From: Calcarisporiella thermophila CBS 279.70
Taxonomy: Eukaryota > Fungi > Calcarisporiellomycota
NCBI RefSeq assembly: GCF_041956535.1
Contig: NW_027192217.1
Location: forward strand, 302,196-366,195
Reading direction: 5' to 3'
DNA: 64,000 nt
A model generated the notes under the pieces. The model saw only the letters and a list, made by a program, of their open reading frames with translations. It did no database searches and was not told where the DNA came from. Shown piece by piece: positions 1 to 11,538 of the stretch (position 1 is the stretch's first letter; the number at the start of each line of letters is the position of its first letter). Made by a program: the position numbers and the translations under genes.

Positions 1-4
1 ATAG

Positions 5-725
5 CCTGTTGTTCTACGAGGTGTTGGATATTTCGATACTAGAGCTGGAGAATAAGAGATATTTGACGGTTTCGTGGATGGGGAGCAACCTGAAGGAGGA
101 ATCTTCACACGACCTTTTGCTGCCCAAGGCGGCCACCGTGGACACCCTCCTAAAGGAACTATCCAGTCGCGTCAAGTGCGAGGGTGCGGTTCGCATCGTC
201 GAGGTGATCAAGCACCGCATTTCGCGCATCCTGCGAGGCGATGAGTTCATCTCGGATATTCCTGAGCAAGCGTTCCTCTACGCCGAGCAGGTGCCCTCCG
301 AAGAGCAAGAGCTCTCGGAAGGCGATCGCATCATCGACGTGGTGCATTTCCATCGGGACCCCCATATGTTGCACGGGCTGCCATTCCGGTTTTTGGCGCG
401 CTCTGGAGAGATGTTAGAGGAGACACTCAAGAGATTGCAGGCTCGACTCGGCATGGGTGAGAAGGAGTTTGCAAAGGTCCGGGTTGCAGTCTTGAGGCAA
501 GGAGGTGGGGTGACCTACCTTGGCGAGACGGAGGAGGACGATGAGGGAGACAAGATGATGAAGGAGGAGGTGGGGGTGGAGGCCGGGATCAAAAAGGCGG
601 ATTCCGTGATATTGGCAGAGTTGGAGGTGGACTGGCGGGTGGATGTGCTTGGATTAGATCATCCCGGAAGAACAGCTCGAGCAAAGAATGGAGGATTGGA
701 AAAGGCTATTTTCATACGAGGCTAA
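5..725 (+). CDS. UBP15: Ubiquitin carboxyl-terminal hydrolase USP7/Ubp15 family, last exon (gene starts before the window)
   Basis: FYEVLDISILELENKR...VSW, HFHRDP..HGLPFRF, LGLDHP and terminal LEKAIFIRG match the USP7/Ubp15 C-terminal ubiquitin-like domains; acceptor-like atag at 1-4. Confidence 0.85.
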
Positions 726-1281
726 TGGAGATTCGAGCGAGTCAAAACGAGAAGGAATTGAGAAAAGAGAAGAAGAAGAAAAAAAAAGGATATATTCGTG
801 AAAAACTAATATTTCATTTTTGTTTTGTCACTGAGAACTAGAGAGAATGGATGCTTTTTTTTTTTTGAGCTCTTCTACTACGCCTTCCTTTCGCTAGCGA
901 CGGCCTTCTCCCCTTTATATATATATTTTACCACTATTCTTTATATTCTAGAAGCCAAGAAAAACAAAGTTATTTTATTCGAGTTGGAAGAGACCGCGGG
1001 GAGGCTCCTCAGGCCAATCTCGCTTCCCCCTGAAATTTAAACTATTCGAAATCCGGCTTCAGATGCACCTTTTGTGTCGTAGGAATCTTAGTAAAATTAA
1101 TAACCCTTTCGCATTTATTTGTCTATTTTATTTTTGGTCTTTCGAGCGTGGATTGTGTAGTTTTCTTCCTCTGGCACCTCTATGTAAATCTGTTTCTTCT
1201 TTAATTTAACTTTAGAAAAGAGGGTTATGGGTAATTTCGCGTGACGCCTGTATTATATTTAACTAATTTTGAGAATTGAAG

Positions 1282-3309
1282 ATGAAGAAAACACCACAGG
1301 GAGGAGCCTCTAAATCGTCGCGTCCCTCCTCTCCCACTCCACAATCTCCAGCTCTAGATCCCACCGCTGACCCTGCATCGCCCCAAGTCGGCGAAGTCTC
1401 CTACAGGAACAGCCATGCTTTGGCTGATTTGCGTCCTGCGACACCTCCAATTATTGGTTCACGCCCTTCAACTCCATGCCTCCAACCCTCCTCATCCCTA
1501 CTAGATGACATTTCTGATGCCGACGTAACCACACCGTCAAGTTCACTCCCGTCTTTCCGACGTTCCCACCGCTCGCGTGGCAGGAAGATTCCGCCGCTCC
1601 CACCCCCACTCCCGGGCCAAGAGAAGCAGCAGCCGCAGGACGAATTTCATGCACCTCAGAGTAGTGGTAAGCGACACAAGCTAGAACGCGTTATGACGGT
1701 GGAGACGGCCTACTCGGATGCAGGAACATTATGGGCGGGTCAACCACCTTCAAAAAGTAGGCGCGGGTCGTCTCAAGTACTTACTTGTCATTTTTTGCAC
1801 GGGATCCATTTGTGTAATTCATCTTCTCGTGTTTACCCTTAGCATGATATCAGCTCAAAAGGGAAGCCTGAGTCCATTCGAATCAAAAGAAAGAGGCGCC
1901 CTGCATTACACCAAGCGTCGACTCCTGCCGAAATCTTTGCCGCTAATATTGCCTCCGCCGTTAGCGAAGCTGAAGGTACCAGGCACTTGAATACGCCCTC
2001 CTTCTATTTTGCGTGTATAACCTCCCCCCCCCCCCTCTATTGACTAGATTCCGAAGAGCAAGAGCATTTCATCTATAGAGATACCCATTCACGCAAATCC
2101 TCAGTCTCTTCGCATCCAGGCGGTCAAAATCTTCAGCCAAGCTGTGCATGCGGCCAGCTGCATCCTGAGAACCCTCATGGAGGGAATATCTGCCCCTACC
2201 TGCCCTCCCATCCGAAACTTGATCATCTCCGGGGCCGATTTTACTCAGGCTATGAGAGCAGTGACGGCGGAGGTGGCAACGAGGTGACGCCGCTCCGATT
2301 CATACGCAAGGCGTCAAACGGCAGCGTGAGCACGATGGACTCCCTTTCACAACCGCGGCCGCTGCTACGATCCGATGTCGCAAAGCATAATAACATGATC
2401 TGGATGTCGAGTCCAAGGCTTCCCCTCCAGCAACACTCAACGTTTCCTCCGCCTGGATATGGTGCCGTGTCATCGCCGTCCTTGTCACACTACCAATACT
2501 ATCAACAATGGGAGTTGTATGAAGACGCGCAGACACCTCTCACCTTTCGCCGTCGGCCCATCCCCCCTGAACTACGTGAGCGGGAGCGAAGAAGGTAAGC
2601 AGCCGCTTTCCCTCAAAGAAATTTACAATCAATCCTTCGATAGGTAGAGCGCTAACATCTGTGCCGCTTTTCTATTTGAATATCCAGTGCATTTTGTCAG
2701 ATGTTGGTCAACCTGGCAATTACGATGGTACTGGTAGTTTTGCTTACCCTTGCTGCGGCCCTTGTTTCCCTCTCAATGCGTCCGCTTACAGAGGTGCAAG
2801 TGAGCGAAGTAAGCGACGTGGCCACCACGCTCAACGAGCTCCAGTTTGACCTGCACGTTCGCGGGCGTAATTGGAACATAGTGGACGTAGCCGTGGATGA
2901 GGTCGATCTCCTTTTGTTTGCGTCCAGCCTTAACGGGGAGGGAGATGGGGGCAGAAGGCAACAGCAGGAGTTTTTGGGGACGGTGCGGAGGATGGAGAGG
3001 CCGCTCTTGTTCCCAGGGGTGGGGCTAGGGGAGATTTGGACCGGGCTGGTGAGCGTGACGACGAGTAAGGTGCGGCTGCAGGATCCCCTAGCATTCGAGC
3101 GGCAAAGATACGAAGAGGATAGGTCCAAGTGGTCGGAATTAGCCAAGGGCCCCTTCAAGCTCACGCTGCGAGGGATCTTAAAGTATCGTTTGGGCAAGTT
3201 CTGGGAGCAGCGGGGACGAGTGTGTGCCGTGGTTATGGTGCTTGGCCCCGGAAGGGCCACGATGGATCCCAAGGAGACTGCGCAGATGTGCGGCGAGGAC
3301 GTCGAATAG
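1282..3309 (+). CDS. Vac7-like vacuolar membrane protein (Fab1 regulator), multi-exon
   Basis: Long Ser/Pro-rich N-terminus, one TM helix, then RPLTEVQVSEVSDVATTLNELQFDLHVRGRNWNIVDVAVDEVDLLLFAS, resembling the Vac7 luminal LEA_2-like domain; probable introns near 1777-1842, 1976-2047 and 2594-2687, boundaries approximate. Confidence 0.6.
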
Positions 3310-4256
3310 CAGTCGGCCGGCCGAAGTTTGTTTATGCTTATACCCCATTCCCATTGACAAGAAATATTATATACTATGATAGAATCCTATGTTATATCCA
3401 TTTTCCAACGCTATATTATGGTTCTATATTATGGATGATTGTTTATCTAGGAACAGCGACTAGCCGCTATAAATAAGCCCCCTTTTTCTATTGTCATTTT
3501 GTGTGTATACGTGTTTGTCCATTGTATGCAAGCATTTCTTAATTCCATTGTTGCTGCTAATCAATCAAGTGCGAGCATTTGTTGAGCTGGAGCAAATTGA
3601 AGCTCAAGCCTCCCCAATTTGGGGCCCAGAGGGGTGAATAAACAATCTGGGATTTAGGAATTCGGATTTTTTTCACGCGCCCTCCTTTCCCTGAAGAGAG
3701 GTGTCAAAAGACAAGCGCGGCGAGCTGCATAACCTCTCCCGGGGCGTTTTCGTTCTTGGAATGCGCCTTCCTGGAAGTTGACATACCGGCGATGACGTCG
3801 GCACCGTTGCTCAAGGTTCGTAACCTAGGGAGCGGGAGAGGGTTTCGGAGCAGATGCACTTCAATTAAAGGATCGCTGATTAAATGTACCACCGTGATAC
3901 AAAACGAGTTTGCTCGCCTAAGCCGCCCATTCATTTTATCAGGGCCATTGTCTTTGGATGCCTTGAAACCAAAACCAAGTCGGGTATGTTTTGTTTCCCT
4001 TTCCGTTCGGGCTCATAAGGAAATAATGTCTCATATCTTTTGACTATAGGACGGGATCCTCCATTGTTTTAGAGAGTTGCATAACTACATTCATCAAATC
4101 GGGGCTTCACAAATCTCTTTGTTTCCCCATCACTCTGTTTATCCCACCTGTCCATTCGCTGCATACCACCACTCCCATTTGCACAGCTGGCTGTGCCCTC
4201 CCACCTTTCTCTCTCCTGCCCTTTGCCCGAAACCCACCTAGACTTAGACAAGCATA

Positions 4257-7200
4257 ATGTTCAAGCTGAAGCCATCATTCAAGAAACGTCGCAAGCCAGC
4301 TGAGGATATCCCGCCCCAATCGGAGGCCGAGACTCCCAAATTGCAAGGCTTACCCGATGAAAATGATTTCCGCACCTCACTTATCCTCCCCCATCTCGCT
4401 GCACGCTTCGATATCCTCAAAAGGGATACCCCTCCCTCGGACTCCGAGAAACCCCTTGCCAATCTGCCTAATCAACCATCTTACGCGATGGAATCCCCCC
4501 AAGATGTCTCCGCGGGCGTCGAGCAGAAACACATAGAACTCTCACCCGAGACAGCAAGGTACAACCAGCAGCTTAGCGCTTGGGTTGCTGAGCAACGGCG
4601 GAATGACGCAGCCAAAATTCCCTTGTTTAGCAACCGATCCTTCAGAGATCGAGAAGGGATCAGTATCGTAAAAAATACCGAGGATTCGCCGGAGACGGAG
4701 CCGCCCAGCGTGGATCCCAAACATTCGCCAGAGGTGCTCTCAAATACATCCCATAGAGCCTCGGAGGAGAGCCGCGGCACTCACGAAAACAGAGAAGAGA
4801 ATATGCCGGCGATGGAGATACTCGACAACGCCGAGGGGCCCGCTCCTCCCCCCCCTCTCAAGGATGAGCCTGTTCCGCGACCCGCCTCAGACAATGCGCC
4901 GAAGAGTAGGCAAGCTAGCATAGAGCAATCCCCAACTCCGGGCAAAGCTTCTTCTCCAGTCCCAACCGTTGGTTTGGCCTTGCCTTTGGATGTGGTGGAG
5001 CAAGCCGCTCCTAACCCCGTGCGAACTCCGCTTCCTACTTCATCTCCGAGTCCACCAGTGCCAGCAGACAAGCCAGTCCCTTCCTTGCCAAATACTCACA
5101 AGGAGCTTCCACCTCTAGTGGCCCAGGCCCCTTCACTATATGCAGGCGAAAAGCCTGACAATATAAGCCTGCCTCCTTCCGAATCCTCACGTGGCTCCCT
5201 GACATCCATCGAGACGAGATCTGCTGGAAGCGGAACACTCGAGCCAGATCATGCGCCAAGGCCATATAGCAAACCTCCCATGGTTCCGGAAAAGACCCCG
5301 ATCTCACCTCCCATTTCTCCTCCTGCGAAATACGCTCATGCTGCAAGCCCACTTCCACTTAGCCCAAAGCTTCCCAAAAGTATACATACAGATTTCCGAG
5401 TAGCTTATTTTATCGCCCCTGCTAAACTCTCCCTTATTTCAATTTAGGCTCCACGTTTCCCCAAAATCATCTAGCTTCTGAACCCAAAATCTCGCCACCT
5501 CAATCGATGATTTCGTCGCAACCGCCATCGCCCATACAACCCGTATTCCAGCTTCAGCCCCCTCCACGCCCTCCTCCTCCCCCGGTCTCACTTCTTGACC
5601 GTAACTTCCCACACAATCAAATCTTCGCCGAAAATCAAGCATCACACTTGGAGAAGGACTCGAGGTTCATTTTCGAGAAGCCTCTTCCGCGCTCCAATAC
5701 TGCACCCACCCGGAAGCCGGCTGCTAGCTTCAAGCAAGAAAATGAACCCCGAGCGCCAACCCCCAATGGGGATTTGCAGGAACGATTACGAAAAATTAAA
5801 AAGAGCGTGACCAAGGGCATACTCTCCTCGGGGCACAAGCCTCGGGAGGAGTTAGATTCGGAAAAGGAGGATGGGCGATCCGATTACAGCGACACAGGCT
5901 CTCTCAGCGGAAAAAAGAAACTCTTCTCCAAGTGGACCAATGGCGGAAACAAACAGCCGCCTCCAAAAGCTCGGGCGCAAACTAAGACCATTGGCTATGA
6001 TAGCAGCGACGACGACCCCGTCATTTCCAAAGCAATATCAAAAAGATTCTACAGTGACGAGAACCTGCGCTCGAGGTTTACTCGCGATAAAGCTGCAAGG
6101 AATATAAATGCACCTGTCGTTGCACGCACTGTTCATGCCTATGCCCCCTCATACACTACTATCTCGAGTTCATCCTCTCTTAGATCCATGTCGCCCTCGC
6201 GAGAACCACTCATCATTCCCGAGCCCAGCATTGATACCACAAAACATCATGGCGAGATCACAATGGCGCCGACCACGTCGGTTCCTAACTCACCAGCCAC
6301 TGGGGCTTTTCACTTGGCGCGCAAAGACTCGCTCACGCTAGGGAATTTTAATCCTGCGGGAAATTCAAAGGAGCACAGGGTCAGTCAGGAGAAAGACATG
6401 GACCTGACCCCACCTACACCTCCTCCTAAGACAGCTGATGTTAATATCGATTCGGATGGGCACCTTCTGCCACAAGCCAAACCTGAGCAGGCTCAGGATT
6501 CGATTGATAAACAACGGCTCTCAACCCCCCCACCCATTCCTCCTCGGAGCCACCTGCGCTTTCATGGGCAGAATTCACCTCCAAATAGTTCAACCCCCAA
6601 TTCCGAATCGTCTCCGGCATCCCTAGCCCCACCATTGGTAACGATTGAAGACCACACCGGCGCGGATGCCCCATCGGTTGTGCGCAAGACCGTTATCTTG
6701 ATGAGGCCCGCGCCGCTCACCTCGAGTCATCGGGAGCAGGCATCTACAGAAACGAGTCAAGAGATGAGGGAGCAGCCAGAGACGCTGGTACGCTATTTGA
6801 ACGAGTCAAATAACGGAAAAGAATGGGAAAATGCTCTTGCGAAACTTGAGGGAAGACAAAACTCGGAACGGAATAAAAACGGTGAAAGGGGAGCAAAGGG
6901 TGAGCAGCGCCGCGAGCAAGAGGAAGCATTTCGCCGCAAGTTGAAATCCATTGCCGCCACCTTTGAGGATGCAGATCGCGTGATCGTCACTGAGGGTAAC
7001 GCGGGAGTAGAGCATGTCAAAATGTACGAAATGAGTGATGGCCGTCTGTTCTGGACCGCGATGGATGGCAACAAGACGCGAGCAAGCGGGATGTTTAATC
7101 TAGTCGCAGCAGTGCCTTTTGGTGAAGACGCTGAAGCAGAGGATGGGCAAGAGGATGCCGAGGATGATATAAATGCTAGCGGACGAAGAGCGCGTGAGGG

Positions 7201-7666
7201 GCGAGATAGCGCACGGCTGCTGCGGCTGATTGAGAAGTTGTCGGTCGAGGACGGAAACCCGACTCCCTTAGCCACCAATGGGGAGAGCCGGGAGGGGGAG
7301 CGAGATCCTGGACTGGATGAAGAAGAGGAAGCAGAGGAAGGTTGGATGCTGGAGGAGGACGGGAGACACGCAACTGAGGATATTGCGAATTTCCTCCTTG
7401 GCAAAGAGCAGCGCTCTCGATCTTCATTCCTCTCCACCCTGTCGGAAGTCAGCTCACGACCGGCTAGCTACATGAGCACGGAAGGCAACACAACCTCGGT
7501 CTACTATGCGCCTGAGGTGACTCTGCCCCGGTTATTGGAGGAAATGATACGTATGCAGCAGGAGCAACAGGAGCAACAGGAGGACAGGGATTTTGCTGAT
7601 ATTCAATGGGACAATTCCGAGGATCGATTGGACGAGATAATGAAGCAGTTGGAGAATCAGCTCTAA
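4257..7666 (+). CDS. Large Pro/Ser-rich hypothetical protein, 2 exons
   Basis: 396-aa and 719-aa ORFs join in frame through the GT-AG intron 5380-5447; N-terminal motif DFRTSLILPHLAARF resembles a motif in uncharacterised fungal proteins. Confidence 0.75.
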
Positions 7667-8656
7667 AATGCGGCTTATGATTTTTTTTTTATCGGTGGTA
7701 TTTCATTTCTATTTACCTATCTAATACTCGATGCCCCCTTTAAAGAAACGAGAAGCACTCAATACATACTATGAGATGAATTATATATTTTTTACCATCT
7801 TTTATTATATATACTTAAGTGTTCATTCATTAATTATTTACTCTCTATGTGCTTATCTTTGATACCATGCAGTCAGAAACTATTGTATTTAGTTAGATGT
7901 TGTTCTGCCCCTCCTAAATTGGCTGGTTTGAGGAATACTAATTCAACTCTTTAGAATAATAATGCCCACATATGTTGCCCCATTTTACTTAAAGTTTTCG
8001 CGGTACCGGGAACTCGAACGCTACACTGTCACCTAAAGAGATTTACATTTTAGCTTGATATAGAACCCGACTCCTCCCAGATGACGGGCAAATGACCGAC
8101 TCCACAAATTTTCCAGGTTGTTCGTGCATTGAGCTAATCTTTATTATGCTAAATCTACCGCGAACTACTCTTTATTTTTCTGAGTATATAACGGTTTGGG
8201 AATAGAGTGCATCGGCTATCCTCCGCTATTCACTGAATGGTATTCTCCTCACTATTCGAATTGGCGTCTGAAACAAAACAAAACTCTTCCCAAACAGCTA
8301 GGGCATCATCCTAATAATGTGATATGTTCACGGTGGCAACCTGGAGCTAGACTCAATTAGACTTTCACTGAAGGTCTTGGTAGTTGCCTAGACAAGAACA
8401 TAGCTTACAGCTTAGCAGATTCTCTTAACATGTTAGATCACGACTACAAAGGACTTAGCCAGGCTATGGTTGCGTGTAGGATGAATGTAGCGTTTTTTGC
8501 CGCATTAATAGCAAAAGTATCAATTTTTAGGTGCCAACCCCAGCATTGGGTCTGTGCATTTAACGCTTTTAATTTCAGTATTTTTTTCCCATCCCAATTC
8601 CTTTGCCACCCCCTTTTCTTTTATTCTTCTCTCAAATTCTCCGATTGACATTGACC

Positions 8657-9142
8657 ATGAATCCAGTTAGTCCTTGTGATCTCATGATAACTCATGCCAC
8701 CACGCATGATATCATCGATATTTGCGGCTGCGATGATGAACTGCCATTGCATCCTGAACGTCGAGAAGAGATCAAGAGGGCTCTTTCACATAACTCAATC
8801 TGGATCGCCCGCGCTCCTGGCCCAGGGGAAATGCAGGTTGTTGGCTACACAATTTGTCAGCCCGCGGCTTTTTTCGGACATGCATACCTCTCCCTAGTGA
8901 TGACCCATCCTTCGTGGCGGCACCAGGGTGTCGCCCAACAACTAATCGAGAGAGTGCTTGAGCAATGTGATTTGGGAAAGAGCCGAAAGTTGTTTTGCAC
9001 GGTGCGGGAAAACAACCTGCCCATGCAACGACTGTTGGAGAAATTAGGCTTCCAGCGTTCCGGATCTGTCCAGCATGTGCATGCAAATGAAGAGGCAGAG
9101 TTGGTGTTCCATCGGTTATATGAGGGTAGAAAAGAGGAGTAA
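8657..9142 (+). CDS. GNAT-family N-acetyltransferase, intronless, bacterial-like
   Basis: Motif A (VMTHPSWRHQGVAQQL) and motif B (NNLPMQRLLEKLGF); ATG at 8657. Confidence 0.85.
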   Translation: MNPVSPCDLMITHATTHDIIDICGCDDELPLHPERREEIKRALSHNSIWIARAPGPGEMQVVGYTICQPAAFFGHAYLSLVMTHPSWRHQGVAQQLIERVLEQCDLGKSRKLFCTVRENNLPMQRLLEKLGFQRSGSVQHVHANEEAELVFHRLYEGRKEE

Positions 9143-9631
9143 CAAGAACTAGAACCAGTCTAGGTGCCACAATTGTTGTATTATTAATATTTTTAAATGT
9201 ATAATTAGCCATATATTTGTTTGATATTACTATTAAGGTCAGATAGGAGATAGTATTAACTGAATAAGATCCCTAATCCATTGTGAACAAATCTGTTGCA
9301 GATAACAAGATCTCTTGCTAAAATATACGACTGAGGCAGCACCCTGAGTTCGAATACACTTATATGTTTTTCATTAAATTCAGTGCCATTTATCCGGGGA
9401 TTAGACGGTGAAGGCAATCAACTTGGCACTGTAAGGCTATTTTATCTTTCGACTGTGATTGTCTCACTCCATCATGAAGCATTTTTGCAGCATATCAGTT
9501 CGTTAAACTCGAAAATTAATATCTATTCATTCAATAATTATAATAAAAAGCACACAAACGAAAATCAAAGCAGTAGAATTTACGAAATGACGAACTCGTA
9601 TGTACAACAATTTTACAAGTAACTAGCAGGG

Positions 9632-11119
9632 TCAAGCCGTAAGCAGCGCGGCAAGCTTTTTAGTGAAGAGTCGAGTCATCCGTCGCCCATTCAACATCGC
9701 GCACGCCTGACTGACTGGCGGAGAACTGTCGGCGTATTCTATACTTTCCTTTTGGTAAGTATTGGAGAGACGAGGACGCTTGCGTGGACTGGGTGTCTCC
9801 ATTGGTTTTGCTTTTTTGCAGGGTCGCTCTTGCAAAATGTCATAGTTCTCTTTCTCACTGTCGCTAGAGGGAGAAGGTCGTTTTCTGGGACTCTTTGAAG
9901 TAGGAGAAATCACCTCGGATTCTATTCTACAATCGACATCAGTATTACCGCTTGTGGCCAGTGCAAGGATATTCTTCTTATTTTCTATCAACAAAAAGAT
10001 CAGCGAGAATAAGAGCACGTTCTTAATGACTGGTATTCACTGAAATATATATATATGCAACGACTTACTTCTGTTGGATTTCTTTAGATTATTTTTAGCT
10101 GCTTTCAAGAATCGCGTCAAGGGAACTTGTTTCTTCACCGCGCGCAAAGCTTTGTCGACCCGGTCAGACCATGCATCTGTATCGCTTAACACATGATAAT
10201 CGAATACTGTTTCCCATTCCTTTGCAATCTCAGTACGGTTCACAAATATGACCTTTCCTCCACGCGCATGCACTGCCTTGGCCATTTCGCGCACAAAGGC
10301 ACGTATCCCCGTCACTTTAAGTGAGGTGCCCATGACCAGCAACAGATCCGGCTGCGCTCGCAAATCTTTTATCTGCATGCGGCCAATGGTTTCTCCATGA
10401 GGATGCTCCTCGCTATAAAGCGCGATGTCAGGTCGAATTCGCCCCACTGCCAAAGGCCGCCTCCCAACGGTACGCCGAGCATCGTTTCTTCCCTCGCACT
10501 CCATACAAGGAGGCGCTCGTCCTTCCGAGAATACCGTGCATAATTGTGGAGAAAAGCGCTGTTTTGCATTGCAGAGCGTGCACCTCACTTCCTCCATTGA
10601 GCCGTGCAGCTGCACCACAGATGGATTATTTTCTAACCGCGTTTCCATCCCGCTTTTCGTCTCAAGGCCATCTATATTCTGGGTATAGCAACGAAGAAGC
10701 CTTCCGGTTTTAAAGAGGCGTCGGATAAATGCGTGAGTGCGCGTTGGAGTGCATCGCTGCGTTAACTGCTTGAGCTCGCCTATGAATGTATAGAATGCGG
10801 CAGTTGTATCTGGATTCAGGAACACCGTCGCGTCGAAGAGATCCTGTCCTTTGCTAAGAGTTGGATACTTGGATTTGACAAGATTATAGAGACCGTCTGA
10901 GGATCGAAAATCCTAATTTAAGCCAAAAGAGATGAGCAAACGCGCAGCTTGTGAAAAGGGAAGTGTAAATAAACTTACTGGGATCCCGGCGCTGCATGAA
11001 ATTCCCGCGCCGGTTACGACAATACATTTTTTAGTTTTGAGGAGAAGATTCGTAATTTCGTTCAGAGCCTTCTCACAAGAAGAATCGCCGAGTTTTAGCC
11101 TCACTGTTCTTTTCGACAT
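9632..11119 (-). CDS. NAD-dependent deacetylase, Sir2 family, Hst3/Hst4-like, 3 exons
   Basis: GAGISCSAGIP|DFRS, YTQNIDGLE, QLHG, Zn-ribbon CTLC...CMEC, RPDIALY, MGTSLKV. Confidence 0.9.
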
Positions 11120-11159
11120 TGTTTAAGGAACCACTGAGAACAGGTGTATGCAAACGTCT

Positions 11160-11375
11160 ACGCGAATACTTTAGGGGGAGATAAGAACAGAGAGAGTGGC
11201 ATATAAACACGAGAGTAAAAGAAATGGATGAAGATAAATAATATACCGTCACGCGTCGTAATAAAACGCGAAAAGAAATATTGCACGGCGGCCATTGGCC
11301 ACGGGAAATTGTGTTGATCCAAAATATATTTACCGTAGCTGCTCAAATAGTTATATATTCATATCTAAACGCGGT
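11160..11375. promoter_or_regulatory. Cluster of MCB/SCB(E2F)-like ACGCG elements upstream of the sirtuin
   Basis: ACGCGAA at 11160, ACGCGT 11251-11256, ACGCGAAA 11266-11273, ACGCGG near 11369, all in an AT-rich promoter. Confidence 0.45.
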
Positions 11376-11538
11376 TTAACAAGCATCATTGATAAAAAAA
11401 ATCTACAAAATAACGCATTACTTATTACATAAAAAGAGTACTTTAGAACTATTCCTTGTGCACTGAATACACGTATATAATCAAATCGCATCTAGAAGTC
11501 TGAGGGTTTGCACTCGGCTGTTGATTTCAAGAGGTTTA

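Noticed and set aside
7995-8105. B-box-like sequences (reverse GTTCGAGTTCC; also GAGTTCGAATAC near 9346)
   Set aside because: No A box, cloverleaf, TSD or poly(A) found.
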